Below are positions 1-8,961 of a stretch of DNA of 64,000 bases, piece after piece (position 1 is the first letter of the stretch; the number at the start of each line of letters is the position of its first letter). Made by a program: the position numbers and the translations under genes. The notes below the pieces were generated by a model, which saw only the letters and a list, made by a program, of their open reading frames with translations, did not search any database and was not told the origin of the DNA. This stretch comes from an uncultured delta proteobacterium (lineage in GTDB: Bacteria > Desulfobacterota > Binatia > HRBIN30 > BPIQ01), in NCBI GenBank assembly GCA_963761335.1, contig CAVXGR010000025.1, positions 32,001-96,000 of the forward strand, given 5' to 3'.

Positions 1-549
1 CGCTCTCTGACGCAGGACGTGATTCTCAACGATCTCAGCTTCGTCGACGACCAGCACGGCTGGATCGTCGGTGAGGCCGGCGCCGTGTTCGCAACCGCCG
101 ACGGCGGTGCGACCTGGACGCGCCAGGACTCCGGCACGCAGAAGAGCCTCTTCGGGACCTGGTTCATCGACCGGCAGCGCGGCTGGGCCGTCGGCCTCGA
201 TGGCCTGCTGATCCGCACCACCGACGGCGGCGCCACCTGGAAGGTCCAGCATGGGGACCCGTCGGTCGGCTCGCTCGAAGATATGGGTCTCTCCGAGGCG
301 TTCAAGAATCCCAGCCTCTACGCGATCGAACTGAAAGGAAGCTTCGGCATGGCCGTCGGTGACAGGGGAACCATCTTGACCAGCGGCGACGCCGGCGCCA
401 CCTGGAAGGAGCAGCAGGTGCCTTCGGATTGGCGGCTGCGCTGGCTCCGCAGCGTCTCTCTGGTGGCCAACGCGGACGGCATGGCGGTCGGCGCCGGCGG
501 TCTCATCATTCCGGTGGTCGACGGTACCATCGAGCTTGCGAGTCACTGA
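1..549 (+). CDS. YCF48-related / BNR-repeat beta-propeller protein (5' partial)
   Basis: Frame open from base 1. Repeated TxDGGxTW (BNR/Asp-box) and GWxVGxxG motifs. Directly upstream of RND and DUF1329 genes, a known gene grouping. Confidence 0.85.
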   Translation, partial: RSLTQDVILNDLSFVDDQHGWIVGEAGAVFATADGGATWTRQDSGTQKSLFGTWFIDRQRGWAVGLDGLLIRTTDGGATWKVQHGDPSVGSLEDMGLSEAFKNPSLYAIELKGSFGMAVGDRGTILTSGDAGATWKEQQVPSDWRLRWLRSVSLVANADGMAVGAGGLIIPVVDGTIELASH

Positions 550-551
550 CG

Positions 552-2930
552 ATGCTGTCGCGTCGCCTGATCGAGGGCTATCTCGACTTTCTCCTGCGGC
601 GCCGTTTGCTCGTCGGCGCGCTGATCACCGGCGGCACCGCCTTCTTCGTCTGGTTCATGGTGTTCCACTTGGCGGTGTATCCGAACTTCTTCGACCTCTA
701 CCCGCCGAAGCACCCGTATATCCGCCTGTACCAGAAGTACCGCAGCATGTTCGGCACTGCCAACATGCTGGCGATCGTGGTCGAGGTGAAGAAGGGTACC
801 ATCTTCGACGACCCCGCGACGGTGCAGAAGGTGGACCGCATCACCCTCGACCTGCTCCACGAGGTGCCCGGGGTGAACGGCGAGCAGGTTCTGTCGATCA
901 CCCACCCGAAGCTGAAGACGACACTGGCCTCCGGCTCCGGCATCAAGGTCGTACCGCTGATCTATCCCCGCATTCCGCGCGACAAGGATGATCTCGATTT
1001 CCTGCGCCAGAAGGTCTACGCCACCGAGGGCGTGCGCGGCTTCTTCGTCTCCAAGGACGACAAGGCGACGATGATCACCGCCGGCTTCTGGGAGGAGCAC
1101 TTCGATCTTCTCGGCATGTGGAACAAGCTGCAGGAGATCAAGAAGCGCGAGCAGGACGCCAATACCAACATCTACATCACTGGCCCGCCGATTCTCTATG
1201 CCTACGTGGTGCGGGCGCTGCCGAAGATGATCTGGGTCTTCGCGGCGACCGGCGCGGCGATGGTGCTGCTGCTGTGGCTCTACTTTCGCACCGCCCAGGG
1301 CGTGCTCATCCCCGCATTCTCGGGTCTGATGAGCGCCGTCTGGGGGCTCGGCTTCGCCGGCTTGTGCGGCTTCTCTCTCGACCCGCTGGTGCTGGTCGTC
1401 TTCGTCCTGATCACGGCGCGGGCCCTGAGCCACTCCGTGCAGTCGATGGAGCGCTATCACGAGGAGTACTTCCGGCTCCACGACAAGGAGGCGGCGATCC
1501 GCAAATCCTATGTCGAGATCTACAGCCCGGCGATGGTCTCCATCATCTCCGACGGCCTGGCGATTCTGACCATCGCCGTCGCCAGCATCCCGCTCATGCA
1601 GAAGCTCGCCTTCGTCGCCAGCTTCTGGATCATCAGCATCTTCCTCAGCGTCGTCACCCTGCACCCCATCATTCTCATGTACGTGCGGCCGCCGCGGGAG
1701 ATCCCCAACGAGGGCTGGGCGGACGGCATCTACCGGCGCATCTGCAGCTTTCTGATTCTCATCAGCCGCGGCAACGCGCGCTGGGTGGTGGCCAGCGTCT
1801 CGGGCGTGGTGATGCTGGTGGCCCTCTTCATGGCGCACAACCTGCGGGTCGGCGACACCACCATGGGCTCGGCTCTCTTCTACCCGGACCATCCGGTGAA
1901 CCAGGCCTTCCGCAAGGTCAATGAAGACTTCGTCGGCGCCAGCCAGCTGGTGATCATCGCCGAGGGCAAGAAGAAGGGCGCCCTCAAGGACGCGCACACG
2001 CTCTCCGAGCTGTCGCGCTTCCAGCGCTACATGGAGCAAGGGGAGGGGGCCGGCGGCTCGCTCACGGCGACGACGCTGCTGAAGAAGATCTTCCGCACCT
2101 TTCACGAGGGCGACCCGAAGTGGGAGATGCTCCCGGTGCGCGACGATCACATCAGCCAGCTCTTCTTCTTCCTCATCTCGGGCACCGGGCGTGGCGAGAT
2201 GGACCGCTTCTTCGACCCGACGATGACCAACGCCACCATCAGCGTGTTCTACAAGGACTACAACAACGATATCATCCATTCCGCGATCGCCCGCGCCAAG
2301 GCCTACATCGCCCAGAACGACGGCGAGAAGTCCTCGGTGCGCTATCTGCTCGCCGGCGGTCTGCTGGGGATCCTGGCGGCGGTGAACGAGGAGGTGAACT
2401 GGTCCTATCGGATCAACATCACCCTGATTCTCTTGACGGTCTTCATCCTCAGCTATGGAACCTATCGCTCGGTGATCGGTGCGCTGATCGTGATGACTCC
2501 GTCGCTGGTGGCGCAACCGCTCAGTGAGGCGGTAATGTATCTGACGGGCATCGATTTCAACATCAACTCGCTGCCGGTGGCCGCCGTCGGTATCGGCATC
2601 GGCATCGACTACGGGTACTACGTGCTCAGCCGTATCGTCGAGGAGTACGAGGCGACGGGCGATTTCGACGAGGCCAACAGCCGCGCCATCGCCACCACCG
2701 GCAAGGCGGTAATCTTCACCGGGACGACGCTGATCGCCAGCGTCGCCTTCTGGATCTTTTTCCCCATGAAGTTCCAGGCGCAGATGGCGTTGCTGCTGGT
2801 GATGATCCTGGTGTTTCACGTCATCGGAGCACTGGTGTTCATTCCGGCGGCCGTGTCGCTGTTGCGCCCGCGCTTCGCCGTATCGCGCAAGGCTCCGGAG
2901 CCGGTGCTCGCCCGCGCGCAGACGGGGTGA
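552..2930 (+). CDS. RND-superfamily (MMPL-like) transporter
   Basis: About 790 aa with two-fold repeated 1TM + periplasmic loop + 5TM architecture and GIGIDYGYY motif. Start placed at ATG 552, just after the YCF48 stop. Confidence 0.88.
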   Translation: MLSRRLIEGYLDFLLRRRLLVGALITGGTAFFVWFMVFHLAVYPNFFDLYPPKHPYIRLYQKYRSMFGTANMLAIVVEVKKGTIFDDPATVQKVDRITLDLLHEVPGVNGEQVLSITHPKLKTTLASGSGIKVVPLIYPRIPRDKDDLDFLRQKVYATEGVRGFFVSKDDKATMITAGFWEEHFDLLGMWNKLQEIKKREQDANTNIYITGPPILYAYVVRALPKMIWVFAATGAAMVLLLWLYFRTAQGVLIPAFSGLMSAVWGLGFAGLCGFSLDPLVLVVFVLITARALSHSVQSMERYHEEYFRLHDKEAAIRKSYVEIYSPAMVSIISDGLAILTIAVASIPLMQKLAFVASFWIISIFLSVVTLHPIILMYVRPPREIPNEGWADGIYRRICSFLILISRGNARWVVASVSGVVMLVALFMAHNLRVGDTTMGSALFYPDHPVNQAFRKVNEDFVGASQLVIIAEGKKKGALKDAHTLSELSRFQRYMEQGEGAGGSLTATTLLKKIFRTFHEGDPKWEMLPVRDDHISQLFFFLISGTGRGEMDRFFDPTMTNATISVFYKDYNNDIIHSAIARAKAYIAQNDGEKSSVRYLLAGGLLGILAAVNEEVNWSYRINITLILLTVFILSYGTYRSVIGALIVMTPSLVAQPLSEAVMYLTGIDFNINSLPVAAVGIGIGIDYGYYVLSRIVEEYEATGDFDEANSRAIATTGKAVIFTGTTLIASVAFWIFFPMKFQAQMALLLVMILVFHVIGALVFIPAAVSLLRPRFAVSRKAPEPVLARAQTG

Positions 2931-2971
2931 GCTCGGCCGGCGCCCCCAGAGGCGAGAAAGATGAGGTCTGC

Positions 2972-4348
2972 ATGATGGTGACGCGGTGGCATTTTCTCTC
3001 GTTTGCGGGCGCCTTGCTCGCCGCTTCTCTGCTCCCTGCCGCTCCGCTGCGGGCGCAGACGCCGGCGCCGGCCGGCGCAACCACTCCGGCGGCGCCGGCG
3101 GCGCTCAAGCCGGGCGACGTCCTCGGGCCCGACAACTGGCAGGCGGCCAAGGATCTGCTGCCCCCGGAAATTCTCGACCACTACCGGAAGGGCGAGTACC
3201 GCAACCCGATCGTCGCCTGGCCGGAAGGGAACTACCACTGGGCGCCGCAGTTCGTCGAGGCCACCAAGCGCAACGCGACGGAGCTGTCGCTCAACGCCGA
3301 CGGCGCGATCGTCGACAAGACCGGCAAGCAGCCGCCGCTCGTCTACGGCCTGCCGTTCCCGAACATCGACGAGGCCGATCCGCAGGCGGGCGAGAAGGTG
3401 CTGTGGAACTACTTCTACAGCTACTGGGAGCAGGGCAACAGCTTCAACGTCATCCGCCTCGATTGGGTGAACCCGACTGGCATCGATCGCGAGTCGGGCC
3501 AGAAGGTGTACTTCCTCTACTACGACGGCCAGGCCGTGCCGTATCGGATTCCCAACCCCGACAACCTCAGCCAGCAGTCCATCGCCACCACCATCTCGCC
3601 GGCCGATCTCCAGGGCACGACGGCACTCACCTGGCGCTACCGCGACTCCGACAAACGCGACTCCGCCTGGGTGTACGTGCCGGCGCTGCGGCGCGTGCGT
3701 GCCGTCAGCCCGGCGAATCGCTCCGACGGCTTTCTCGGCTCCGACATGAGCCAGGACGACGGCCCCTTCTTCGACGGCAAGCCCGAGGACTTCACCTGGA
3801 AGCTGGTGGGAGCGCGGCGGTTCTTCCGGCTCGTGGACCCGAAGAGCATCGCCGGCCAGACGATCACCAAGAAGCTCCCCGGCGGCGGGTATCGCGCCGA
3901 ATGGCCGGCCGGGTTCCGCATCGGCTTTCAGGACCCGAGCTGGAAGGGAATCGCCTGGGCGCCGATCGCCGCGGCGCTCGCCGAGCGCCGCACCTGGGTG
4001 ATCGAAGGTGTCCCCAAGGACAAGTACTATCTGTACGGCAAGCTGCAGCTCTACTTCGACGCGGAGAACTACCAGGGTGCCTGGAACCGCAAGTTCGGCT
4101 GGGACGGCGACCTGCTCAACACGCTGCAGGCGATGGGTTTCCAGAACGTCAAGGTCGGCGAGACCAAGGGCGTCGAGGACTGGGTGTGGGGCTCGAGCCA
4201 CGCCTACCAGTGTGCCGAGAACGTCAAGATGAACCGCGCCACCGTCGGCGGTGACAAGCTGGCCGGCGAAGATGTCCCCACGGACCGGCGGGTGCCGATG
4301 GAGCCGAGCTTCTTCGACTTCTCCAACCTGCAGCGATTCGGCAAGTAG
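2972..4348 (+). CDS. DUF1329 domain periplasmic protein (LolA-like fold)
   Basis: Signal peptide, GLPFPNID and WVYVPALRRVR motifs typical of DUF1329. GAGG before ATG 2972. Confidence 0.85.
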   Translation: MMVTRWHFLSFAGALLAASLLPAAPLRAQTPAPAGATTPAAPAALKPGDVLGPDNWQAAKDLLPPEILDHYRKGEYRNPIVAWPEGNYHWAPQFVEATKRNATELSLNADGAIVDKTGKQPPLVYGLPFPNIDEADPQAGEKVLWNYFYSYWEQGNSFNVIRLDWVNPTGIDRESGQKVYFLYYDGQAVPYRIPNPDNLSQQSIATTISPADLQGTTALTWRYRDSDKRDSAWVYVPALRRVRAVSPANRSDGFLGSDMSQDDGPFFDGKPEDFTWKLVGARRFFRLVDPKSIAGQTITKKLPGGGYRAEWPAGFRIGFQDPSWKGIAWAPIAAALAERRTWVIEGVPKDKYYLYGKLQLYFDAENYQGAWNRKFGWDGDLLNTLQAMGFQNVKVGETKGVEDWVWGSSHAYQCAENVKMNRATVGGDKLAGEDVPTDRRVPMEPSFFDFSNLQRFGK

Positions 4349-4421
4349 CGCCGGGTCATGCAGGGAAAGGCGAGAATCCTCGGGCGGACGAGGCTCGGCC
4401 GAGTCACGCCCCGGAAACCAC

Positions 4422-5606
4422 ATGGACTTCCGCCTCGCTGAAGAAGAGGAGCGCTTTCGCTCCGAGGTCGAGGATTGGCTGCGCGCCAATCTGCCGGCAG
4501 GCTGGGGCACGCCGGCTTTCCGCGAGCCGGAGACCGCGGAGGAGAAGGTCGCCTTCGCCAGAAGCTGGCAGCGCCGCCTGCGCGACGGCGGCTGGGCGGG
4601 ACTCTCGTGGCCGCTCGAGTACGGCGGCCGCGCCGCGTCCGTCGTCGAGCAGCTGATCTTCAACGAGGAGTACGCGCGCCTGCGGGCGCCCGACCTGATC
4701 AGCATCAGCGTCGGCCTGTCGCTGGTCGGCCCGACGCTGATCCGCTGGGGCACGCCGGCGCAGAAGGAGCGCTTTCTGACGCGCATCCTCTCGGGCGACG
4801 AGGTCTGGTGCCAGGGGTTCTCCGAGCCCAATGCCGGCTCGGATCTGGCCGCGGTGCGCACCCGCGCCGAGCGCCGCGGCGACTGGTACGTGGTCTCCGG
4901 ACAGAAGATCTGGACCAGCTTCGCCCGCCATTCACAGTGGTGCATTCTGGTGGTGCGCACCGATCCGGAGGCCCCCAAGCACCGGGGCATCTCCTTCCTG
5001 ATGGTGGACATGTCGAGCCCCGGCATCACCATCCGCCCGTTGCGGGAGATGACCGGCGACGCGTGGTTCAACGAGGTCTTCTTCGACGAGGTGCGGGTGC
5101 CGGCCGAGAACCTGGTCGGCGAGGAGAACCGCGGCTGGGAGGTGGTGATGACGACGCTGGCGCACGAGCGCGGCGTCACCGCGCCGCATGTGCGCCTGCA
5201 GGCGGAGACCCGACTCCTGGCCCGACTGGCGCGCCAGCGCCGCAGCGACGGCCATCGCGCCAGCGACGATCCGCACCACCGGCAGCGGATCGCGCAGCTG
5301 GCGATCGAGGCCGAGGTGCTGCGCGTGAGCGCCTATCGCAACATCACGCAGATTCAGCGCACCGGGCAGCCGGGCGCCAGCGGCTCGATGATGAAGCTCT
5401 TCTGGAGCGAGATGGACCAGCGGCTCAAGGACGCCGCTTTCGAGGTTCTCGGCGCCTACGGCATTCTCGAGGGCAGCACCGCCGTCGATCGCGGCTGGTG
5501 GGCCCACGAGCTACTCTGGTCGCGGGCGGCAACCATTTACGCCGGCACCTCGGAGGTGCAGCGCAACATCATCGCCCAGCGCGTGCTCGGGCTGCCGCGC
5601 CAGTAG
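4422..5606 (+). CDS. Acyl-CoA dehydrogenase (FadE-like)
   Basis: WCQGFSEPNAGSDL, GQKIWTS, FNEVFF and TIYAGTSEVQRNII motifs. Confidence 0.93.
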   Translation: MDFRLAEEEERFRSEVEDWLRANLPAGWGTPAFREPETAEEKVAFARSWQRRLRDGGWAGLSWPLEYGGRAASVVEQLIFNEEYARLRAPDLISISVGLSLVGPTLIRWGTPAQKERFLTRILSGDEVWCQGFSEPNAGSDLAAVRTRAERRGDWYVVSGQKIWTSFARHSQWCILVVRTDPEAPKHRGISFLMVDMSSPGITIRPLREMTGDAWFNEVFFDEVRVPAENLVGEENRGWEVVMTTLAHERGVTAPHVRLQAETRLLARLARQRRSDGHRASDDPHHRQRIAQLAIEAEVLRVSAYRNITQIQRTGQPGASGSMMKLFWSEMDQRLKDAAFEVLGAYGILEGSTAVDRGWWAHELLWSRAATIYAGTSEVQRNIIAQRVLGLPRQ

Positions 5607-5632
5607 GCTGCGAGCGACACAGAGGAGGACGA

Positions 5633-6427
5633 ATGGCCGATTCCCAATCCGTGCAGCTGAGCGTCGAGGGCGGCGTCGCCTGGATCACTCTCAACCGCCC
5701 CGAGGCGCGCAATGCCGTCAACGCGGAGATGCGCGACGAGGTGATCTCGATCTTGACGCGGGCGCGCACCGACGGCGATATCCGCGCCGTCGTTCTCACC
5801 GGAGCCGGCAAGGGGTTCTGCACCGGCGCCGACCTCTCCGGACCCCGAGGGCAGGGTCCCTCCGGCCCCGGGGCGGCGCGCGAGACGATGCGCAACAGCT
5901 CGCAGCGGCTGATTCGCACCGTCTGGGAGCTCGAGAAGCCGGTGATCGCCGCCGTCAACGGTGTCGCCGCCGGTCTCGGATGTCATCTGGCCTTCGCCTG
6001 CGACCTGGTCGTTGCCGCCGCCGAGGCCCGCTTCATCGAGGTGTTCGTGCGGCGCGGCATTGCCATCGACGCCGGCGGCGCCTTCCTGCTGCCCCGCCTG
6101 ATCGGCCTGGCGCGCGCCAAGGAGCTGGTCTTCTTCGGCGACGACCTCAGTGCGGGGCGCGCTTTGGAGATCGGTCTCATCAACCGCGTCGTTCCCGGAG
6201 AGGAGCTGGCACAGGCGGCACGCGAGTGGGCCGAGCGGCTGGCGCGCGGGCCGACGTTCGCCATCGGCATGTCGAAGCGCCTCCTCAACCGCTCCCTGGA
6301 GTCGAGCCTGGAGACCTGCCTCGAAGAGGAGGCCATGGCGCAGTCGCTGGTGACTCAGTCGGAGGACACGCGCGAGGGTCTGACGGCGTTCGCCGAGCGG
6401 CGCGAGCCGCACTTCAAAGGTCGCTGA
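5633..6427 (+). CDS. Enoyl-CoA hydratase/isomerase (crotonase family)
   Basis: ITLNRPEARNA, FCTGADL, KPVIAAVNGVAAG and C-terminal F.E.REP.FKGR. GAGGAGG RBS before ATG 5633. Confidence 0.93.
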   Translation: MADSQSVQLSVEGGVAWITLNRPEARNAVNAEMRDEVISILTRARTDGDIRAVVLTGAGKGFCTGADLSGPRGQGPSGPGAARETMRNSSQRLIRTVWELEKPVIAAVNGVAAGLGCHLAFACDLVVAAAEARFIEVFVRRGIAIDAGGAFLLPRLIGLARAKELVFFGDDLSAGRALEIGLINRVVPGEELAQAAREWAERLARGPTFAIGMSKRLLNRSLESSLETCLEEEAMAQSLVTQSEDTREGLTAFAERREPHFKGR

Positions 6428-6509
6428 GGCCCGCGGATCCCTGCCCCAGCGGAAGACGGCCAGGCGCCCGTATCGCCGCTTCAGGCGAGGGCGGGAGCTG
6501 GCGTTTCGT

Positions 6510-6538
6510 TTGACAAGGAGCCTATCGTCGGTGACTAT
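6510..6538 (+). promoter_or_regulatory. Putative sigma70-type promoter (TTGACA-N17-GACTAT)
   Basis: Perfect TTGACA at 6510-6515, 17-bp spacer and weak -10 GACTAT, ending about 7 nt before ATG 6546. Confidence 0.35.
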
Positions 6539-6682
6539 CGACGTCATGGAGGGACGCTTCGCGCTGACGGAGCGGGTTGGGCCGGCCCTCCATCGCGCCG
6601 GCGCGAGCGTGGGAGCGGCACTTCGGTGCGGCTCCCACGCCGCGTTCGACGCTGTCGACACCGAGTTTTCCTCCCCGTGGTG

Positions 6683-7360
6683 ATGGAAGGTGCCGTCGCG
6701 AATTGGGTGCGCGAGCTCCGGGGATGCGTGAGCGCCGCCGACCTCGATGACCTGCGCCGGGCGATCAGCGGCGGGGAATCCCTCTTTCGCGAGGTCAACG
6801 GCTTTGCCGGGATGGCGCCGCGCTATCGGGTGATCCACGGCACCGCCGTCCACCGCGCCCTGCCGCAGGTGGTGAGCTTTGGAGAGCGCCTGGTTCGACC
6901 TCTGGTGGAGGCATTTGCGGGAAGGCCCCTGGCGCCGCTGCGAGAGAACGCCTTCGACATTCGCATCCAGCTCTTCCGGCGCGGCGGCGACTACTTCCGC
7001 TGGCATTTCGACGGCCACACCTACAACGCCCTGGTGACCCTGACCAACACCATCGGCGCCGAGACCGAGGTCGTACCCTTTGCCGTCAGCCGTGCGGTGC
7101 GCCGCGTCTATATGCCCTTTGCCCTGTTTCCCACTGTCTTCTCAGTCTTGCCGCGCATGCGCTTCGCCATGGACGCGGGCGACGTCCTGGTGTTGCGCGG
7201 CGGGCAGCTCCTGCACCGCGGCGTGTGCCACGGCGCGGAGGGAGAGCGGTTGCTGATCGTCTTCGGCTACAACGACGCCGACGCCCCGCCGCGCCGGGTC
7301 TCGCCGTTTCGCCGCCGTGTCAGCCGCTTGATCAACTACGGCGAGCTGGGCCCCGGGTGA
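6683..7360 (+). CDS. 2-oxoglutarate/Fe(II)-dependent oxygenase
   Basis: HxD (WHFD), distal His (LLHRG), downstream Arg (ERLLIVFGY) and GDVLVLRG strand. Start placed at ATG 6683 (TGATG overlap). Confidence 0.72.
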   Translation: MEGAVANWVRELRGCVSAADLDDLRRAISGGESLFREVNGFAGMAPRYRVIHGTAVHRALPQVVSFGERLVRPLVEAFAGRPLAPLRENAFDIRIQLFRRGGDYFRWHFDGHTYNALVTLTNTIGAETEVVPFAVSRAVRRVYMPFALFPTVFSVLPRMRFAMDAGDVLVLRGGQLLHRGVCHGAEGERLLIVFGYNDADAPPRRVSPFRRRVSRLINYGELGPG

Positions 7361-8908
7361 CGGAGGCTGTCTCAAACACCTGGGCAGGACGATTCCGCCG
7401 GCACGCGGGCAAGGGAGAAGCGGCGTCTCGCCGCTTCGAAAGCGCCGGGACGGCGCTTCTACCTGGGCAGGACGATTCCGCCGGCACGCGGGCCAAGTAG
7501 AAGCGGCGTCTCGCCGCTTCGGAAAGCGCGGGACGGCGCTTCTACTGGGCAGGACGATGCCGCCGGCACGCGGGCAAGGTAGAAGCGGCGTCTCGCCGCT
7601 TCGAAAGCGCCGGGACGGCGCTTCTACCTGGGCAGAACGACGCCGCCGGCACGCGGGCAAGGGAGAAGCGGCGTCTCGCCGCTTCGAAAGCGCCGGGACG
7701 GCGCTTCTACCTGGGCAGAACGATTCCGCCGGCACGCGGGCAAGGTAGAAGCGGCGTCTCGCCGCTTCGAAAAGCGCCGGGACGGCGCTTCTACCTGGGC
7801 AGAACGACGCCGTCGATCCGCGGGCCAAGTAGAAGCGGCGTCTCGCCGCTTCGGAAAGCGCCGGGACGGCGCTTCTACGTGGGGCAGAACGACGCCGCCG
7901 GCACGCGGGCAAGGGAGAAGCGGCGTCTCGCCGCTTCGAAAGCGCCGGGGCGGCGCTTCTACGTGGGCAGAACGATGCCGCCGGCACGCGGACCAAGTAG
8001 AAGCGGCGTCTCGCCGCTTCGAAAAGCGCCGGGACGGCGCTTCGGCGCTTCTACCTGGGCAGAACGACGCCGCCGGCACGCGGACCAAGTAGAAGCGGCG
8101 TCTCGCCGCTTCGAAAAGCGCCGGGACGGCGCTTCTACTGGGCAGGACGATGCCGCCGGCACGCGGGCAAGGTAGAAGCGGCGTCTCGCCGCTTCGGAAA
8201 GCGCCGGGACGGCGCTTCTACGTGGGCAGGACGATTCCGCCGGCACGCGGACCAAGTAGAAGCGGCGTCTCGCCGCTTCGAAAAGCGCCGGGACGCCGCT
8301 TCTACGTGGGCAGAACGATGCCGCCGGCACGCGGACCAAGTAGAAGCGGCGTCTCGCCGCTTCGAAAAGCGCCGGGACGCCGCTTCTACGTGGGCAGAAC
8401 GATGCCGCCGGCACGCGGACCAAGTAGAAGCGGCGTCTCGCCGCTTCGAAAAGCGCCGGGACGGCGCTTCTACTGGGCAGGACGATGCCGCCGGCACGCG
8501 GACCAAGTAGAAGCGGCGTCTCGCCGCTTCGAAAAGCGCCGGGACGGCGCTTCTACCTGGGCAGAACGACGCCGCCGGCACGCGGACCAAGTAGAAGCGG
8601 CGTCTCGCCGCTTCGGAAAGCGCCGGGACGGCGCTTCTACCTGGGCAGAACGACGCCGTCGGCACGCGGGCAAGGGAGAAGCGGCGTCTCGCCGCTTCGG
8701 AAAGCGCCGGGACGGCGCTTCTACGTGGGGCAGAACGATGCCGCCGGCACGCGGACCAAGTAGAAGCGGCGTCTCGCCGCTTCGAAAAGCGCCGGGACGG
8801 CGCTTCTACTGGGCAGGACGATTCCGCCGGCACGCGGGCAAGGGAGAAGCGGCGTCTCGCCGCTTCGAAAAGCGCCGGGACGGCGCTTCTACTTTTGTGA
8901 AGCCTCCG
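7361..8908. repeat. Tandem array of 18 ~84-bp REP-doublet (BIME/REPIN-like) units bounded by imperfect terminal inverted repeats
   Basis: 18 counted copies of G(T/G)AG-AAGCGGCG-TCT-CGCCGCTT-CG(R)A-AAGCGCCG-GGA-CGGCGCTT-CTAC joined by near-identical ~35-bp linkers. Left end CGGAGGCTGTCTCAAA (7361-7376), right end TTTTGTGAAGCCTCCG (8893-8908). Confidence 0.93.
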
Positions 8909-8961
8909 AAGATCGGCGGCCGCAGGTACAACTGCGCGCCCGTAGCTGTTAGGCTGGACTG

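Noticed and set aside
543..3080. 845-aa minus-strand ORF
   Set aside because: Antisense shadow of the RND gene, with no motifs.
6683..7360. Radical halogenase
   Set aside because: The HxD carboxylate is retained, whereas halogenases have HxG or HxA.
7361..8908. CRISPR array
   Set aside because: The inter-repeat segments are near-identical rather than unique spacers, no cas genes are in the window, and the GTAG-hairpin structure fits REPs.
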